DNA of 35,020 nucleotides, taken from the NCBI GenBank assembly GCA_964035545.1, contig CAXIUT010000229.1, forward strand, positions 48,915-83,934, given 5' to 3'. The translations under genes were made by a program, and so were the position numbers. This document shows, one piece after another, positions 12,767-24,274 of the stretch (its first letter is position 1; each line of letters begins with the position of its first letter). Origin of the DNA: Bugula neritina (Eukaryota; Animalia; Bryozoa). Below the pieces are notes generated by a model, which saw only the letters and a program-made list of their open reading frames with translations, was not told the DNA's origin and did not search any database.

Positions 12767-14248
12767 TCAGTTTTGTGTGGACATATTTTTTTGTTTTAAG
12801 ATTCTATGTTTATTTTAATCTCTATTTTTAATTTTTTGTCTTAGGTGATAAATAGCATGTACCAAAACATCTATTTCTTCTCCTTTGTAGGATTTCTCTT
12901 CTATCAATAGTTCTCTTAGCTTCTTGTTTTAGTTCTATGCCTTTTTCAAGAACTAGACTTGATTGTTGGCCATTTCTAGTTCTTTTGATATTTTTTATAG
13001 ACTTTGTCTTGACCTGTCTAGTTCTTCTCTGAGTATTTTATTGGTTTCCATGTAGGCGTCGGTCTAGGTGTTGACTATTTCTGGGAATTCCAGGAATAAG
13101 TTGTGCCTGGGTTATCCTGATTTAAGGTTATATTTTTATAGTTTGGAAGTTAGTTCTGAAAGTTGTATATTTTTTCTTTATATTTATGATTTTAACTGGA
13201 TTTCTATTTTTTCCATTGATATGAATTGAAGACTATACTTATGATTTTTGTCTTTAAGGATGCTAATAACATTATCTTTGTTGATTAATTCTGCTTTATG
13301 CTGATGTAAGTTATTTTCCATTTTGTGGACTAGTTTTAGAGATTATTTGTTGTCTGCAATAACAGCTTGGCAGTATTCTAATTCTGTTTTTATTTTTTAA
13401 AAGAGTTAGTTTTTTTATGTTTATTTCTATATTTATGAGATATAGTATTGTATTTACTTTTAGTGTTGACTGGTTAGTTATAAAATTTGTAGCTTTAGTG
13501 AGTCTATTTGTTGATCTTTTCTATCTGCTGTGTCTGGTATTGGAAAAGGTCTTCTTTTCACTGGAGTAAAGGGTTATTAGTTTATTATTGAATGTAGTTT
13601 ATCAATATCTTCATTCTTTTATTATAATAAATCTGAAACACTTTTTAGTTGTTTCTCTAGTTCATATTTCTCCTCACAAATACAACTAATAACCGATTGT
13701 AGTTTTTAATTCTAGTGATCTAGTTACAATAATCTGTCTATCATCCTTTTTTATTTTTATTTTCTTGGTGAGCATTTCAAATGATCTTCTATTGATTGTT
13801 CTATTATATTTTTAATAAATTATTTTGTTTTTTATGAGGTATTAAGTATCTTCTCTATGAAAAAGTGTTTATTCTATGATTTAGCTGCTGTCTTGATAAA
13901 AAGTTATAAAAATTTCATTATTTATGAAGCAGAAGCTTGCTGCCCGATATCTATCAGATCTATTCCTTCGCTTTATATTTCACTATCCAACTACTCATTC
14001 CAATATCTTTATATTGACTAGTATAGTATCTTTAAGTTGCTGAGTTTATGTGAAAATGTTTTAGGACAATCTTCATATTGATGCGTCAGTTTGAATTTCT
14101 TCACCAATGAAAATAGTTATATTAAAATTACTCCGTTGCTGAGCTGTGAGTAGCTTGCAGTTTAAGTAATCTCTTTAAATTGTTACAAATATTATAGGTA
14201 AGGATGACTTCCAGTTACTTCTTCTACTCTGGCCTTATCTTTATTCAT
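12767..14248 (-). CDS. HOOK: HOOK-family dynein/kinesin adaptor (Hook domain + coiled coil), ~493 aa
   Basis: SQLSNGVIL...KLSNLKILYESIERYWNEEL...DLIDIGQQASASEIMKFLELFI...KHFFIEKIL resembles the Hook N-terminal domain. Coiled coil follows, and the C-terminal EEIDVLVHAIYHL resembles the Hook EEKxIxSAWY motif. ATG and TGA are in the same frame. Confidence 0.75.
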
Positions 14249-14261
14249 TTAAATTATAATC

Positions 14262-14487
14262 AATCATAACTGCCTATTAAATCATCAAACTATCTATTAA
14301 ATCATCAAACTATCTATTAAATCATCATAATACCTATTAAATCATCAAACTGCCTATTAAATCATCAAACTGCCTATTAAATCATCAAACTATCTATTAA
14401 ATCATCATAATACCTATTAAATCATCATAATACCTATTTATTTCGTCATAATACCTATTTATATCATCATAATACATATTTATATCA
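14262..14487. repeat. Intergenic minisatellite, 20-bp unit x~11
   Basis: atcatca(aac/taa)t(a/g)(t/c)ctattaa units starting just upstream of the HOOK ATG and degenerating rightwards. Confidence 0.92.
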
Positions 14488-14632
14488 CAATCGTGAGCAG
14501 TAATGTATAACAATCTGAGTCTCTTCGAGTAAATAGTTTAATTACGATATAAATCTTTTGATTGACTTTTTTAGTATTTGAATTATTAAGCGCCATAGTA
14601 TATATTATTAGGATATAATTTAACAGATTTCC

Positions 14633-15756
14633 ATGAAGGTTATTCTAACTATTATGTTCATTGTCTCTATCTATGGAGCCAAAGATGCTCTCCTTGATCT
14701 TTCTCGTTCTAATTCATGTCTAAAAAGCTTAGTTGGTGAGTTTGTGAAGGCTGAAGATTGTGCCAGATTGTCAGATCAATCTAAAGTTAAAGTAAATTTG
14801 AGGTTATTTAGTTAGCTACTAGAATGAGTGAGTGTTTATTGAAGTAAATGAATAAACCATTTCCATCTGATTGTCATGACCCTTCAAAGTGTCAATTCTA
14901 GGGTGATGCATGGAACACATTTACCACTTTTTTTGCTCATATTGATAACCTTTGTCACTTCTATTGGTAAGTGCTTGAGCATGAAAGAACATCCTAATTG
15001 ATTACCAGATTAGGTGAATCCTCTTCTAAAGCCGAAGAAGCATTGAAATCTAACGTGGCTTAAACTAAACAAATATTATAAATGCAAAAGCAAATCCACG
15101 ATAGCTTAGATGAATCACTAAGAGGGCAGGAACATATGGCCTTTCTTATAAACAACTCAAGTAATCATATCGCTAATCTAACTAATCAGCTTTAAACATT
15201 TATTTCAACAATTCATAAAGATATCTAATAGAATTATGCTAGTTTAAGGAATTTATTTGGAATTATTGATCAAGGAATTAATAGGCTACTAAATATTCAA
15301 GGATATATCATGGCAGAAGTCACCTCTGTCAGTGGTAGACTCTTCTTTCTTATTCAGTTTTTAGTTATTCTATTTGTCACTTCTTTCTAAAAGTATCGAG
15401 AACAGAGACACAAACTAGTTCTTCTACTTTCTTTCCAAATTGTTTTAGAACTTTCTATTCTACCAGTTATCCTTAATATTGTTGGTATTCAACTATTTAG
15501 ATATATCTTTATTGGAATTTTGGGAATATTTTTGCTTAGTCAGAAAAACAAATAGAAAAAGATACTGACATCAACAGAAGATAGATATCATACTCCAAAG
15601 ACGAGAAAAATAGTTTTTTAGGTAGAAAAAAAGAATAAATAAAGATTAGACGACTTTTGTATGAGTAGATTGGCTTCTGAAATAGTGAAAAAGATCAAAT
15701 TATAACCTAAGAACTCTAAAGATCAAATTATAATCTAATAACTCAAAAATAAATGA
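14633..15756 (+). CDS. GEX1: GEX1/KAR5/Brambleberry-family nuclear membrane fusion protein, ~367 aa, 1 intron
   Basis: Signal peptide, then Cys-rich domain SCL...DCARLSDQSKVKLATRMSECLL...C...C..DAWNTFTTFFAHIDNLCHFY...RTSELITRL, a coiled coil and C-terminal hydrophobic helices. Intron 14792-14811 (20 nt). Confidence 0.85.
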
Positions 15757-15899
15757 TAAAAGTTGATTATTTATGATCTAAGATATTTTGATAGATAATT
15801 AAAAAGGTAAAGTTTGTGTTTTAAAAGATTCAGGTTATTTTAGGACAATGTTTTAATAAAATTAACATAAAATTAGCAAATAACTATCTTGATTAACGC

Positions 15900-18213
15900 A
15901 TGTCTGACAACCTCAAGATGTTGAAATCTCTTAAAGGAACTGACTCTTATAGCAAGAACCCAATAATAGACTCTCTTATCAGGCAAAAACTTAAGTCATA
16001 AATGAAAGTAGTTAAAGATAACTTCAATCAATTCATTGCAAAGTAAGATAACAAACCAAGTAAAACTTCAAACGTCAAAAAAAGAACATTATCTCTCCAA
16101 GACTTAAATGGTATTACTCCAGACAAAATAAAATACTCACTCAACTACAATCCAACTATTACCGAATAGACAAGATAATTTGTGAGAGATAGACAAACTG
16201 CCTCTCCTTTTCAGGATTCTCAGCAATTGTAAGAACTCAACCAGGCAAGAACCTATAATCATTAATTTTTAGTTAAATGTAACTCTACTATTATTCAGTG
16301 AAAGTTAGTGATCAGAGCAAATTATAAGAACTATCTAGCTCTAACCTAATACAATCTTTATAGCAAAAAGCTAAAAGTAGATTGCCTTCAGATTTATGGT
16401 TGCCATCCCAGCCAGAAGTCGAGTAAATAATCAATAATCGAACTGAAAGGATAGCTAGTTAGCAAAAGATAGCTCTGAGTGAAAGAATAGTAACAAGTCA
16501 ACAAAAATAGAGGAGTTCTTTATTCGAGTTATCGGTTAGTGATAAAGCTTCATAATTTAAGACTCCTTTGAAGAGTAATAGAGGAAAAAGCTTAAGAGAT
16601 ACATTTTCGAGTCGTTCTAAAAGATAAATCACATACTAGCATAAAAAATATCATAAAAATGATTATAAATCTTTAGATCAGTGGCTATAGTTGTCTGTAG
16701 ATTACTTGAACAAAAGTCATCAAGAGAAGGGAAAAGCATCAGAACATCTCAACTAAAGTACATTGATTCTAATATAGTTTACACGGTTTATATATGTTGT
16801 ATGAAGGAGTTAATAAGACTAACTTATATTTAGTCTGCTTAAAAGGGTTTGGTGTTGTAAAAGCTGATTTGGTCAATGGTAAGACTATTTTAGGAATTGA
16901 TTAGTGAGCAGCATCGAATAAACTATCGAGATTTCAAGGAGTATACTAAAGATGGTAAGGAATAGAAGGATTTATTTGAAGAAAGGATCAGTTATTTGTA
17001 GAAGGAGATGGTACTAAAGAGTAAGAAGTTGTAGGAGTTGATGGTTCAAAAGAAGAAGATAACACTGACTGGTATAACATTTAAAAAGGTGAATGAAGAG
17101 ATGGTTTAATAGATATCTGTATTAATGAAGGAGATAGATCAATTTAAAAACCAGAACAACTTTTTGATGAATAATCTTCTTAAGATGGTGAGATAGTTTT
17201 AGTAAAAGTAGATAATAAAGATTCAGAAGACAGAAGATCATCATATTTACTTCTACCTTAATTCTAAAAGTTAGATCTAAATTGTAGCTAGAGTGCCTAA
17301 AACTACACAAATTGAGTCTCACATGCAAAAAATAAGTCAAAATTTAGAATTAAAACCTAATGTAGCATAACTCGACCATCATTTGACTAACTATTGGGAT
17401 AAAAAAAAAGTCTATCTTGATATTGATTCTATCATCCAATAACATTTCTAATATAGAGTACGAGATGCTAGTTGTAGTGCCGAAGGACATGGCCCTCTGG
17501 AGTACAAGGCTACAGGAATGCAGCATCCAGATGAGGAAGCAGAAAGTTTTTAAATTTTTTTGAAGAGACAGTTATAAGAGTAAAGAGAAAGTTGGTCTAC
17601 AAAGTAAAAAGAGTATGTTAGTTCTCAGATGTCTTTAAAGGACTTATATGAATAGATGAAGGAATCGATCAGTATTCTTTCTGGACAAAATGCTAGTTTT
17701 AAGAGTTCTATTGATCAAAAAAATAGTTAAATATAATATATGGGTAAAAAAGCATAGCAATTGGAGAATAAGGTAGAGTTGTATAACAAGAAGGTCGAAA
17801 TGTTGGAGATTCAGATTGAAGAGTATAAAAAAAAACTGTAGAGAAATCGAGACGAGACAGGAGTGACTTCTGACAAGTTGGCTGAAGAGAAGAAAAAGTT
17901 TATGTTTGAAAAAGAAAATAATAACATCTTGGCAGCTTCTATCTATGATCTTAAAGATAAAAATGAACTGTTACAGCAAGTAAATAATTAGTTTGAGAGT
18001 CAGGTAAAAGAGTGGAAAAGGAGAGCTACTTAGTGGCAAGATAGATTAAAGTAGTTATAAGGACGGATCAAGATCGTAGCTCCTTATTTATAGGAAATGA
18101 TGGGATTACCTGAAGCAAGTCAGAATAGAACTTTGGTCGTTTTGTGTGGTGTGGTGGAGAAGCAGTTTGGAGAATATGTCTAAAAAGATGCCAATACTTT
18201 TTTGACTAAATGA
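15900..18213 (+). CDS. Axonemal dynein light chain (p28/AXDND1-like) domain coiled-coil protein, ~757 aa, 2 introns
   Basis: IYTVYICCMKELIRLTYIESAEKGLVLEKL resembles the p28-family CFDELIRQVTINCAERGLLL motif, followed by a long coiled coil. Introns 16279-16298 and 16758-16777 (20 nt each); TGA 18211. Confidence 0.65.
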
Positions 18214-18249
18214 TCCAATAATATCATTGTTTTGTTTATATTTATTGAT

Positions 18250-18795
18250 ATGAAGGGGTTGGGGTTGGGGTTGGGGTTGGGGTTGGGGTTGGGGTTGGGG
18301 TTGGGGTTGGGGTTGGGGTTGGGGTTGGGGGAAGAAGAACTGCTGCACTTAGATCAAGTGATTTCTTCCTATTTATTGAAAAGAAAGTAGATCAAAATTA
18401 ATGACGAGTCTCTTGAATCTAAAATAAGAGGACAGTTATTATCTTTAGAGTAGAAGAACGAATATTTAATGAAAGAAGTCGATATTATGACTAGAAATTA
18501 TGAACGAGAGATTTAGGAGGTGAAGAATAGTAATTCACATTGGCAAAATCAGCCTGAGTAACTTAGCTAAAGTAGTCCTTATCACTAGTTGGTTATGGAG
18601 TTAATTCAGGCGCTTTCTCCTTTTAAGAAAGTGACTGAATATCTGACTAAATTGTAGATAGCTAAGAAGTAAAATAGGGATCATTAAGTTGTAGCCCATC
18701 ATACTCATTAGTATTTTGAAAAAGTCAATTAAATAATGGAAAGTGATCTTAGAGAAGAAGATTTTAACGATGATTTTACTTAGAATTACTACTGA
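18250..18795 (+). CDS. Hypothetical coiled-coil protein (181 aa including 24 aa read from the telomeric tract)
   Basis: ATG AAG (GGG TTG)12 GGG GAA GAA GAA CTG... open to TGA 18793; MK(GL)12GEEELLHLDQVISSYLLK... Confidence 0.6.
18255..18330. repeat. Internal telomeric tract GGGG(TTGGGG)12
   Basis: Perfect G4T2 repeats on the + strand, i.e. right-end orientation relative to the telomere at 1-69. Confidence 0.97.
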
Positions 18796-18939
18796 CAAAA
18801 CTATCAACTTAAATCAATATCAGTTATATCTATAACTTGAAGCACTCCTAAGATAGTTTTATTTTTGATTTGGAACACAACTAAGATAGTTTTAAGTTAA
18901 ATAAAAAGCAAGAAGTTGAATCAGAATAGTTGAAGATGA

Positions 18940-19528
18940 TCACTTTTTGATTTTTTTTTATTTTTTTTAGAAATCTGTTTGCATGAGTCCCGTAATTCTT
19001 TCTATTTCTAGACTGTTGCAATTGATCATGGAATAGGAATAAAATTTTATCACTGACTGAAATAATTATCAATTACATCTTTGTTTTGAGCGATTGTAGT
19101 CATATTTTAGATAAGTTCTTTTTTGTAGTTTTGTATTTATTAATCTTTAAGCTGTTCTTTATGTTTTTACACATCTTTGAGTTTATCTTTCATTAATTTG
19201 AATTTATCTGCTATTTAATTGAGCCAGTAGTTTATTTTTTATTTGATGATTTGGTGCTGTATTTCATCATGATTACTATTTTTGTTGAGTTTTATATTTA
19301 TAGTTTGTGTATTCCAAAGTTGTTTATTAGCTTAATAAGTTTATGATCTTAGGTTCTTTCAACTATTTATCCGATTTACTTATGAAACTATTTTATGATA
19401 TCTATGTTCTTTTTTTATCCTTATTCTGTTGTCCTAAAGAAAGATCTGATAATATTAAATTCTACTTCTTCCTTCATAATATACTCTAAAATCTTTTTAA
19501 AAGGAAACACTTCTTTCTAATTCTTCAT
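18940..19528 (-). CDS. Hypothetical helical protein, ~182 aa, 2 introns
   Basis: MKNEKEVFPFKKILEYIMK... The frame is restored by 20-nt GT-AG introns at 19257-19276 and 19057-19076; TGA at 18940-18942. Confidence 0.6.
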
Positions 19529-19650
19529 ATTTTATTTATAATCATAAATTCATAATTATCACAAATTTATTGAGGTTAATATCTTTGATATTATTTATTT
19601 GGATATTTTCGATGAGATTAAAATAGTTATAAAATATAAATAAATAATAG

Positions 19651-20412
19651 ATGGCAAATCGTTTTCAAGAGTATGATTTTACTCGTGAATCTTAACACCA
19701 GGAGTTGAAAGATAGGTATAACTAACTCTAATAGTAAAATAATATACTTAAACAATCTCTCGAAGAACTGATTAAAGTTAATACTGAGCTAGCTTAATCT
19801 ATTGAAGAACTGAACAACAATAATGCTTATCAGAATAATAATTAAAACAATTAAATAGTTGAAAATAAACTTGAAGAACTTATCAATTAAAATCAATCTC
19901 TTAGAAATTAACTTGATAATCAACAACTATAATTGGTAAGAGCAAGTAAAAAATCAGATCCCATAAACTAATCATAAACTTAAAGTTTAGTCAATGTGCT
20001 CGAAGAATTAATTGATTCCTTCAAAAATATATAAATTAAATATGAATCGTAAATTAAAACTTTAACAGATCTACTGCAATATCAAACTAAAGATTTTCAT
20101 GATAAGCTAGATAAAATATAACAAGAATTAGAAGGTAGAATCAACACCATTGAAGCTTTATCTCTTCAACTCAAAAGAAAAGATTAAAACCTATAACATA
20201 TCTCCTTATCAGTACAAAAAATATAACATAAAATGCTAAGTCACAATAATATGTTCAAACAGTTCAAACAACCTGAACCAGAAGTTGACCATAAAGCTTT
20301 TTAAGAAAAATTATTGAACATTAATCAAGAAGTCTAAGAAAAAAATAGAATTATTTCTCTATATTAGCAACTAATCTTCAATCTCAAAGGTAAAATCATG
20401 GAAAAAAATTGA
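19651..20412 (+). CDS. Hypothetical coiled-coil protein, 253 aa
   Basis: MANRFQEYDFTRESEHQELKDRYNELEEENNILKQSLEELIKVNTEL... heptad-rich; ATG and TGA 20410 are in the same frame. Confidence 0.75.
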
Positions 20413-20474
20413 TATGTTATCTTAATAACTAACTTATCTAAAACAATATCTCAAGGAATATTTATTTTCTATCA

Positions 20475-22158
20475 TCAAATATCCAAAAAGTTTACCATAG
20501 CTTTACTACCTCCACTACTTGTCTTAACTTTATCTCCCTAAGGTTCATCAAAGTCTTTGTATTGTCTCTTTTATCTCCTGAAGCTTCCAAAAGATTTTTT
20601 GAAGCGTTGATCTCGGTCTCCTAATGAAGCGAAAGTTATTTTTTGAGGGTCTTCAAGATACATTTTCTCCATGATGCATTGAATTTTCTATATAATTTAA
20701 AAAAAATACTTTAAATTTGATTTCTTAGTGACGAACAATGAGATGTTTGGCGAGGAAAGAACAGGTTTTAAACTTTTTGTCACAATACTGGCATTTCCAA
20801 ACTTACTTTTCTTGATTTTTGCCTACTTTTTAAATTTATCTCACATCATCTTCAATCTACTCTCTTAAAATACCCATATAGTCTTTGATTCCACTTCCTT
20901 TTTCAACTCTTTCCTCAGCCTTTTACTGAATTTTTTTGAAAACTGTTTGCACATTATTTATTTCTTCATACTCAGCTTATATTCTAAGAAAGGCAGATGA
21001 GACTTTAAGACAAAGTGTTCTTTAATTTTAATAACTAGAAGATGTATAATAGTCAAAGGCATGAACTTTTCTGAGATAAAGGATAAAAACATCCATAGTT
21101 ACACGATTACTATTGTATTATTTATCTAAAATTTAATTTTTATCTATACCTACTTAGTTATCTAATTTTTATATCAGTTTGATGAGAGTTTTGATGTCTT
21201 TTTCCATTCTAGAAATGGGATAGTTTTTTAGAACTTTGACCCGTTTCATTTTAGTAGTTGATTTTGATACAATCAATGTTTAATCTTTTATAATTAATCC
21301 ACTTAGAGAAAGATAAGCTTTATTACAAGTCTACTATGATTAAAACTAAATCCAACAATATCGACTTAAATTGGCTTTTTTGACAGGATCTGAGATCGTT
21401 AGATTCTTGTATCCTTCTAATTTTTAAACCACTCCTCTGATGTCATATCTAGAGATGAGTCTTGGCACTGTCTTTATGAAAAGAGTGTTTCTGTCTGGAT
21501 CAAATCCAAAGAAAGGACTGTTGTGGATTTCAGTATTTGCATTGACGTGTACATCTACTGTTTGACTGTTGATAAAACTGATGGAAGTGGGTTCTTCTTC
21601 TTCATCAAACTTTTAAACAATACCAAGTTAATTCTAAGTTTAAGAAGATTAACAGCGTCTTTGATAGTGAGATCTATTTTATCTAGGATTCCATTGTTTA
21701 GTTTAACTATAAATTAGGCATAAAGTTTTTTACTATTTTATTTTCTATCTCGTTCAAGTAAATCTAACACTTCTGGATCATATTTTTAACTGAACCAGGC
21801 ATCTTTCTACATCTTATTAAATCTACTTTATACTATTTAAGAAACTATTCATTCTGTCTTTGCTACCATTCTCTTCGATATCTGTCGTATGCTTTTTGTA
21901 ATGTGTCGTTGCTGACTTTATCCATCTGAGATTAATTGAAATTAACTTGTAGATTGCAAAAATGTTTGAATTGGCATAGAGGAGCAGTCAGTTAAGGCAC
22001 TTTTATCTTTATTTTTCTTTATCTATCTCTGTCCCTATCTCTGTCTGTCTAGAAAGAGATGTACTTTATCTTTCATAACGTCTTTCTCTGGATCTGGAAC
22101 GACTGCCGTTGTTTTTACGTTCTCGTCGGGGGGAAGAACTATCGCTGGCGCTACTCAT
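20475..22158 (-). CDS. SRRT: ARS2/SERRATE (SRRT) homologue, ~526 aa, 5 introns
   Basis: RS/RD-rich N-terminus; QFKHFC...AYDRYRREW...AWFSEKYDPE; RRM TLFIKTVPRLISR...SDP...RYCWIEF; ILYLRKVHAFDYY; C2H2 finger WKCQYCDKKFKTCSFLAKHLIVRH; YLEDP and YKDFDEP tail motifs. Introns 22045-22064, 21926-21946, 21807-21826, 21634-21653, 20688-20709. Confidence 0.9.
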
Positions 22159-22367
22159 TAAAAACTACTGCTAGAATTCAACGCTACATGTGATACAGAT
22201 ATAATATCTAAACTACACACATAAAACTATCACATCTATCAATTAATTTCAAATAAATAACGCTTTTAAATATGTCCATTTATCACAAATATTAAAATTT
22301 ATTTTTTGTTTATGGTAATTGAATATAGATAAATAATATTAATTTTTTTGAGAATCTATTATATTTA

Positions 22368-23344
22368 ATGATTCGAGGTAGTACCCATGATCAAGATGCC
22401 AGATTTAGTGACAAAGCTAAAACTATGCTTTAAAAGAGTCAATGGCCAGATAAATATGACACTAAAATGGATCTAACAAAAGTAGATTATGAACTCATCA
22501 AAGTCTGGATTGAAAAACATATCAATAAACTTCTTGGAGAGGAAGATGACATAGCGAGTGGAATGGTTCTAGGGATTTTAGATGATCATATTGAAAAATA
22601 AGAAAAAGTAAATGCTAAAAAATTACACGTGGCTATTAGTTCAGTTTTACAAGACAAAACCCTTACATTTGTAAGTGATTTATGGGATTTACTTTAGTAG
22701 GCAGCAAAGTCATCGAAAGGAATAGTAGTTTTAATTTAATATAGCCTGAATGTTTGATATAGGAAAAGAAAAGAAGTGAAGAAGTACATAAAAGAAAACT
22801 AGATTTGTTGCATTAAAAAAGGTATAAAATGAATGTAAATCGATTTAATAGAACAATTAAAAATGTATAGTCAAGCAATAAAAGATTATAGAACAGAGGT
22901 TATGATGAAAGGTATCCCAGAGATGGAAATAAATAAGATAAATACAATAAATATGATAGATAAGACAGATATGATAGGGATAGAAGGTAAGATATTAGAA
23001 ATAGAGATGATAAATACGATAGATATAATAGATATGATAAATAAGATAAAGATAAAGATGAAAGACTATATAAAGAACATAAAAAGAAGAAACACAAAGA
23101 AAATCGAAGTAGAAGTCGCAGTAGACATAAAAGACACAGAAGCAGAGAACATTAGAAGAAGAAAAAAGCTAAATCTAGAAATAAAAAACACAAATATCGC
23201 CGTAGAGAGACTCCAAGTAGTTCTATATATTCCAAATAAGGCAGATAGGCTTTAGAAAGGTAAGAAAAGATCCGTATTAATTCACCTGTTGCTCGTAGTA
23301 ATAGTGTTCTCAGTGATTCTAGTGGAGTAGTGTCTTCGAGCTGA
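22368..23344 (+). CDS. SRRM1: SRRM1/SRm160-like PWI-domain splicing protein, ~318 aa, 1 intron
   Basis: RGSTHDQDARFSDK...KMDLTKVDYELIKVWIEKHINKLLGEEDD...FVSDLWDLL...GIP, then an RD/RS-rich tail. Intron 22725-22744 (20 nt). Confidence 0.88.
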
Positions 23345-23480
23345 TGATGTCAATATATAAATCTGAGTCTTTAATTATTTGAAATTTATTATTCTATAAA
23401 GACTTTGAGTGATAGTTTGTTGGTCGAAATGAATTATTAGTGAAAAAATCAATATATTTGGTTAAAGTGTAAATTAATTG

Positions 23481-24131
23481 ATGGGAATTTGCACAACAAA
23501 TTAAAAAGAAAATCAAACTATCATATCAACCAAAGCTCTTCTTAAGACTACTGCTTTCGATAAGACTCAGTTCTATTTTACGACAGAAAATCTTCTTAGG
23601 ATTGATGCTGATTGTCTGATAATCTTTTGTGACTAGAAGATCAATCTGAGCAAGAACACTTTTGTTGACAAAATTGGTAAATTCTAGAGTAGAAAGATCA
23701 GGGAGTTTGCTGAATCATATTTAAGCAGCAACAAACACAAAGTAACTCCTGGAAGTATAATATTTTTTCCAATATCTATTTCTACTTTGCAGTTCAGATA
23801 CATAGGTCTTGTGTGTTTGAAGGTATGGAATGGACATGAAAAGATCCAGCCTTACTTAACCAACCTATTTAGTAATTTGTTTGAAGACCTCAAAAGACAC
23901 CAAGTTTAGAGTTTGGCAATAACCTAGATTAATCTTCAATTTGGGATTCCAGAGCAATTAGGAGGAAAGGTGTTGTCATAGGTTTTGTTTTAGAATAAGG
24001 AGTGGTTGAAAATAGTCACTATTATCTGCAATAGCACCGAATCTCAAAACTTGTTCATTGAAAGGATATAAAAGTTTCAAAAGGATAAAGCTACGACAAT
24101 GAAAGTGTCAGATGAGTCCTATTACTATTGA
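23481..24131 (+). CDS. Degenerate macro-domain-like protein with MGxC N-terminus, 216 aa
   Basis: NLLRIDADCLIIFCD...VTPGSIIF...FRYIGLVCLKVWNG...VESLAITEINLQFGIP follows macro-domain motif order but lacks NAAN and GGG. Confidence 0.6.
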
Positions 24132-24274
24132 TAACTATTCTCTTCCTTTCTATTTATTGATAAAATTGATTAGGTTAGTTATTTGTAATATTCGATTACT
24201 GTTAGAGCGCATATTGATCCAAATAACATCTTTTGAATATGATAATAACATATTAATTAAACCCGACAATTCAA

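Noticed and set aside
10853-14487. Regular 20-28-bp repeats as CRISPR arrays
   Set aside because: The units are head-to-tail with no unique spacers, there are no cas genes, and the context is eukaryotic.
18106-18348. Minus-strand ORF with PQPQPQ repeats
   Set aside because: It is just the antisense reading of the telomeric tract and overlaps the real + strand genes.
19359-19361. Apparent in-frame TGA suggesting UGA readthrough or an all-stops-reassigned code
   Set aside because: It lies in the wrong frame. A 20-nt intron at 19257-19276 gives a continuous ORF without it. Trp is TGG in the conserved motifs I translated.
22863-23255. 130-aa Ile/Met/Lys-rich ORF
   Set aside because: Off-frame reading of the RD/RS-rich tail of the SRRM1-like gene.
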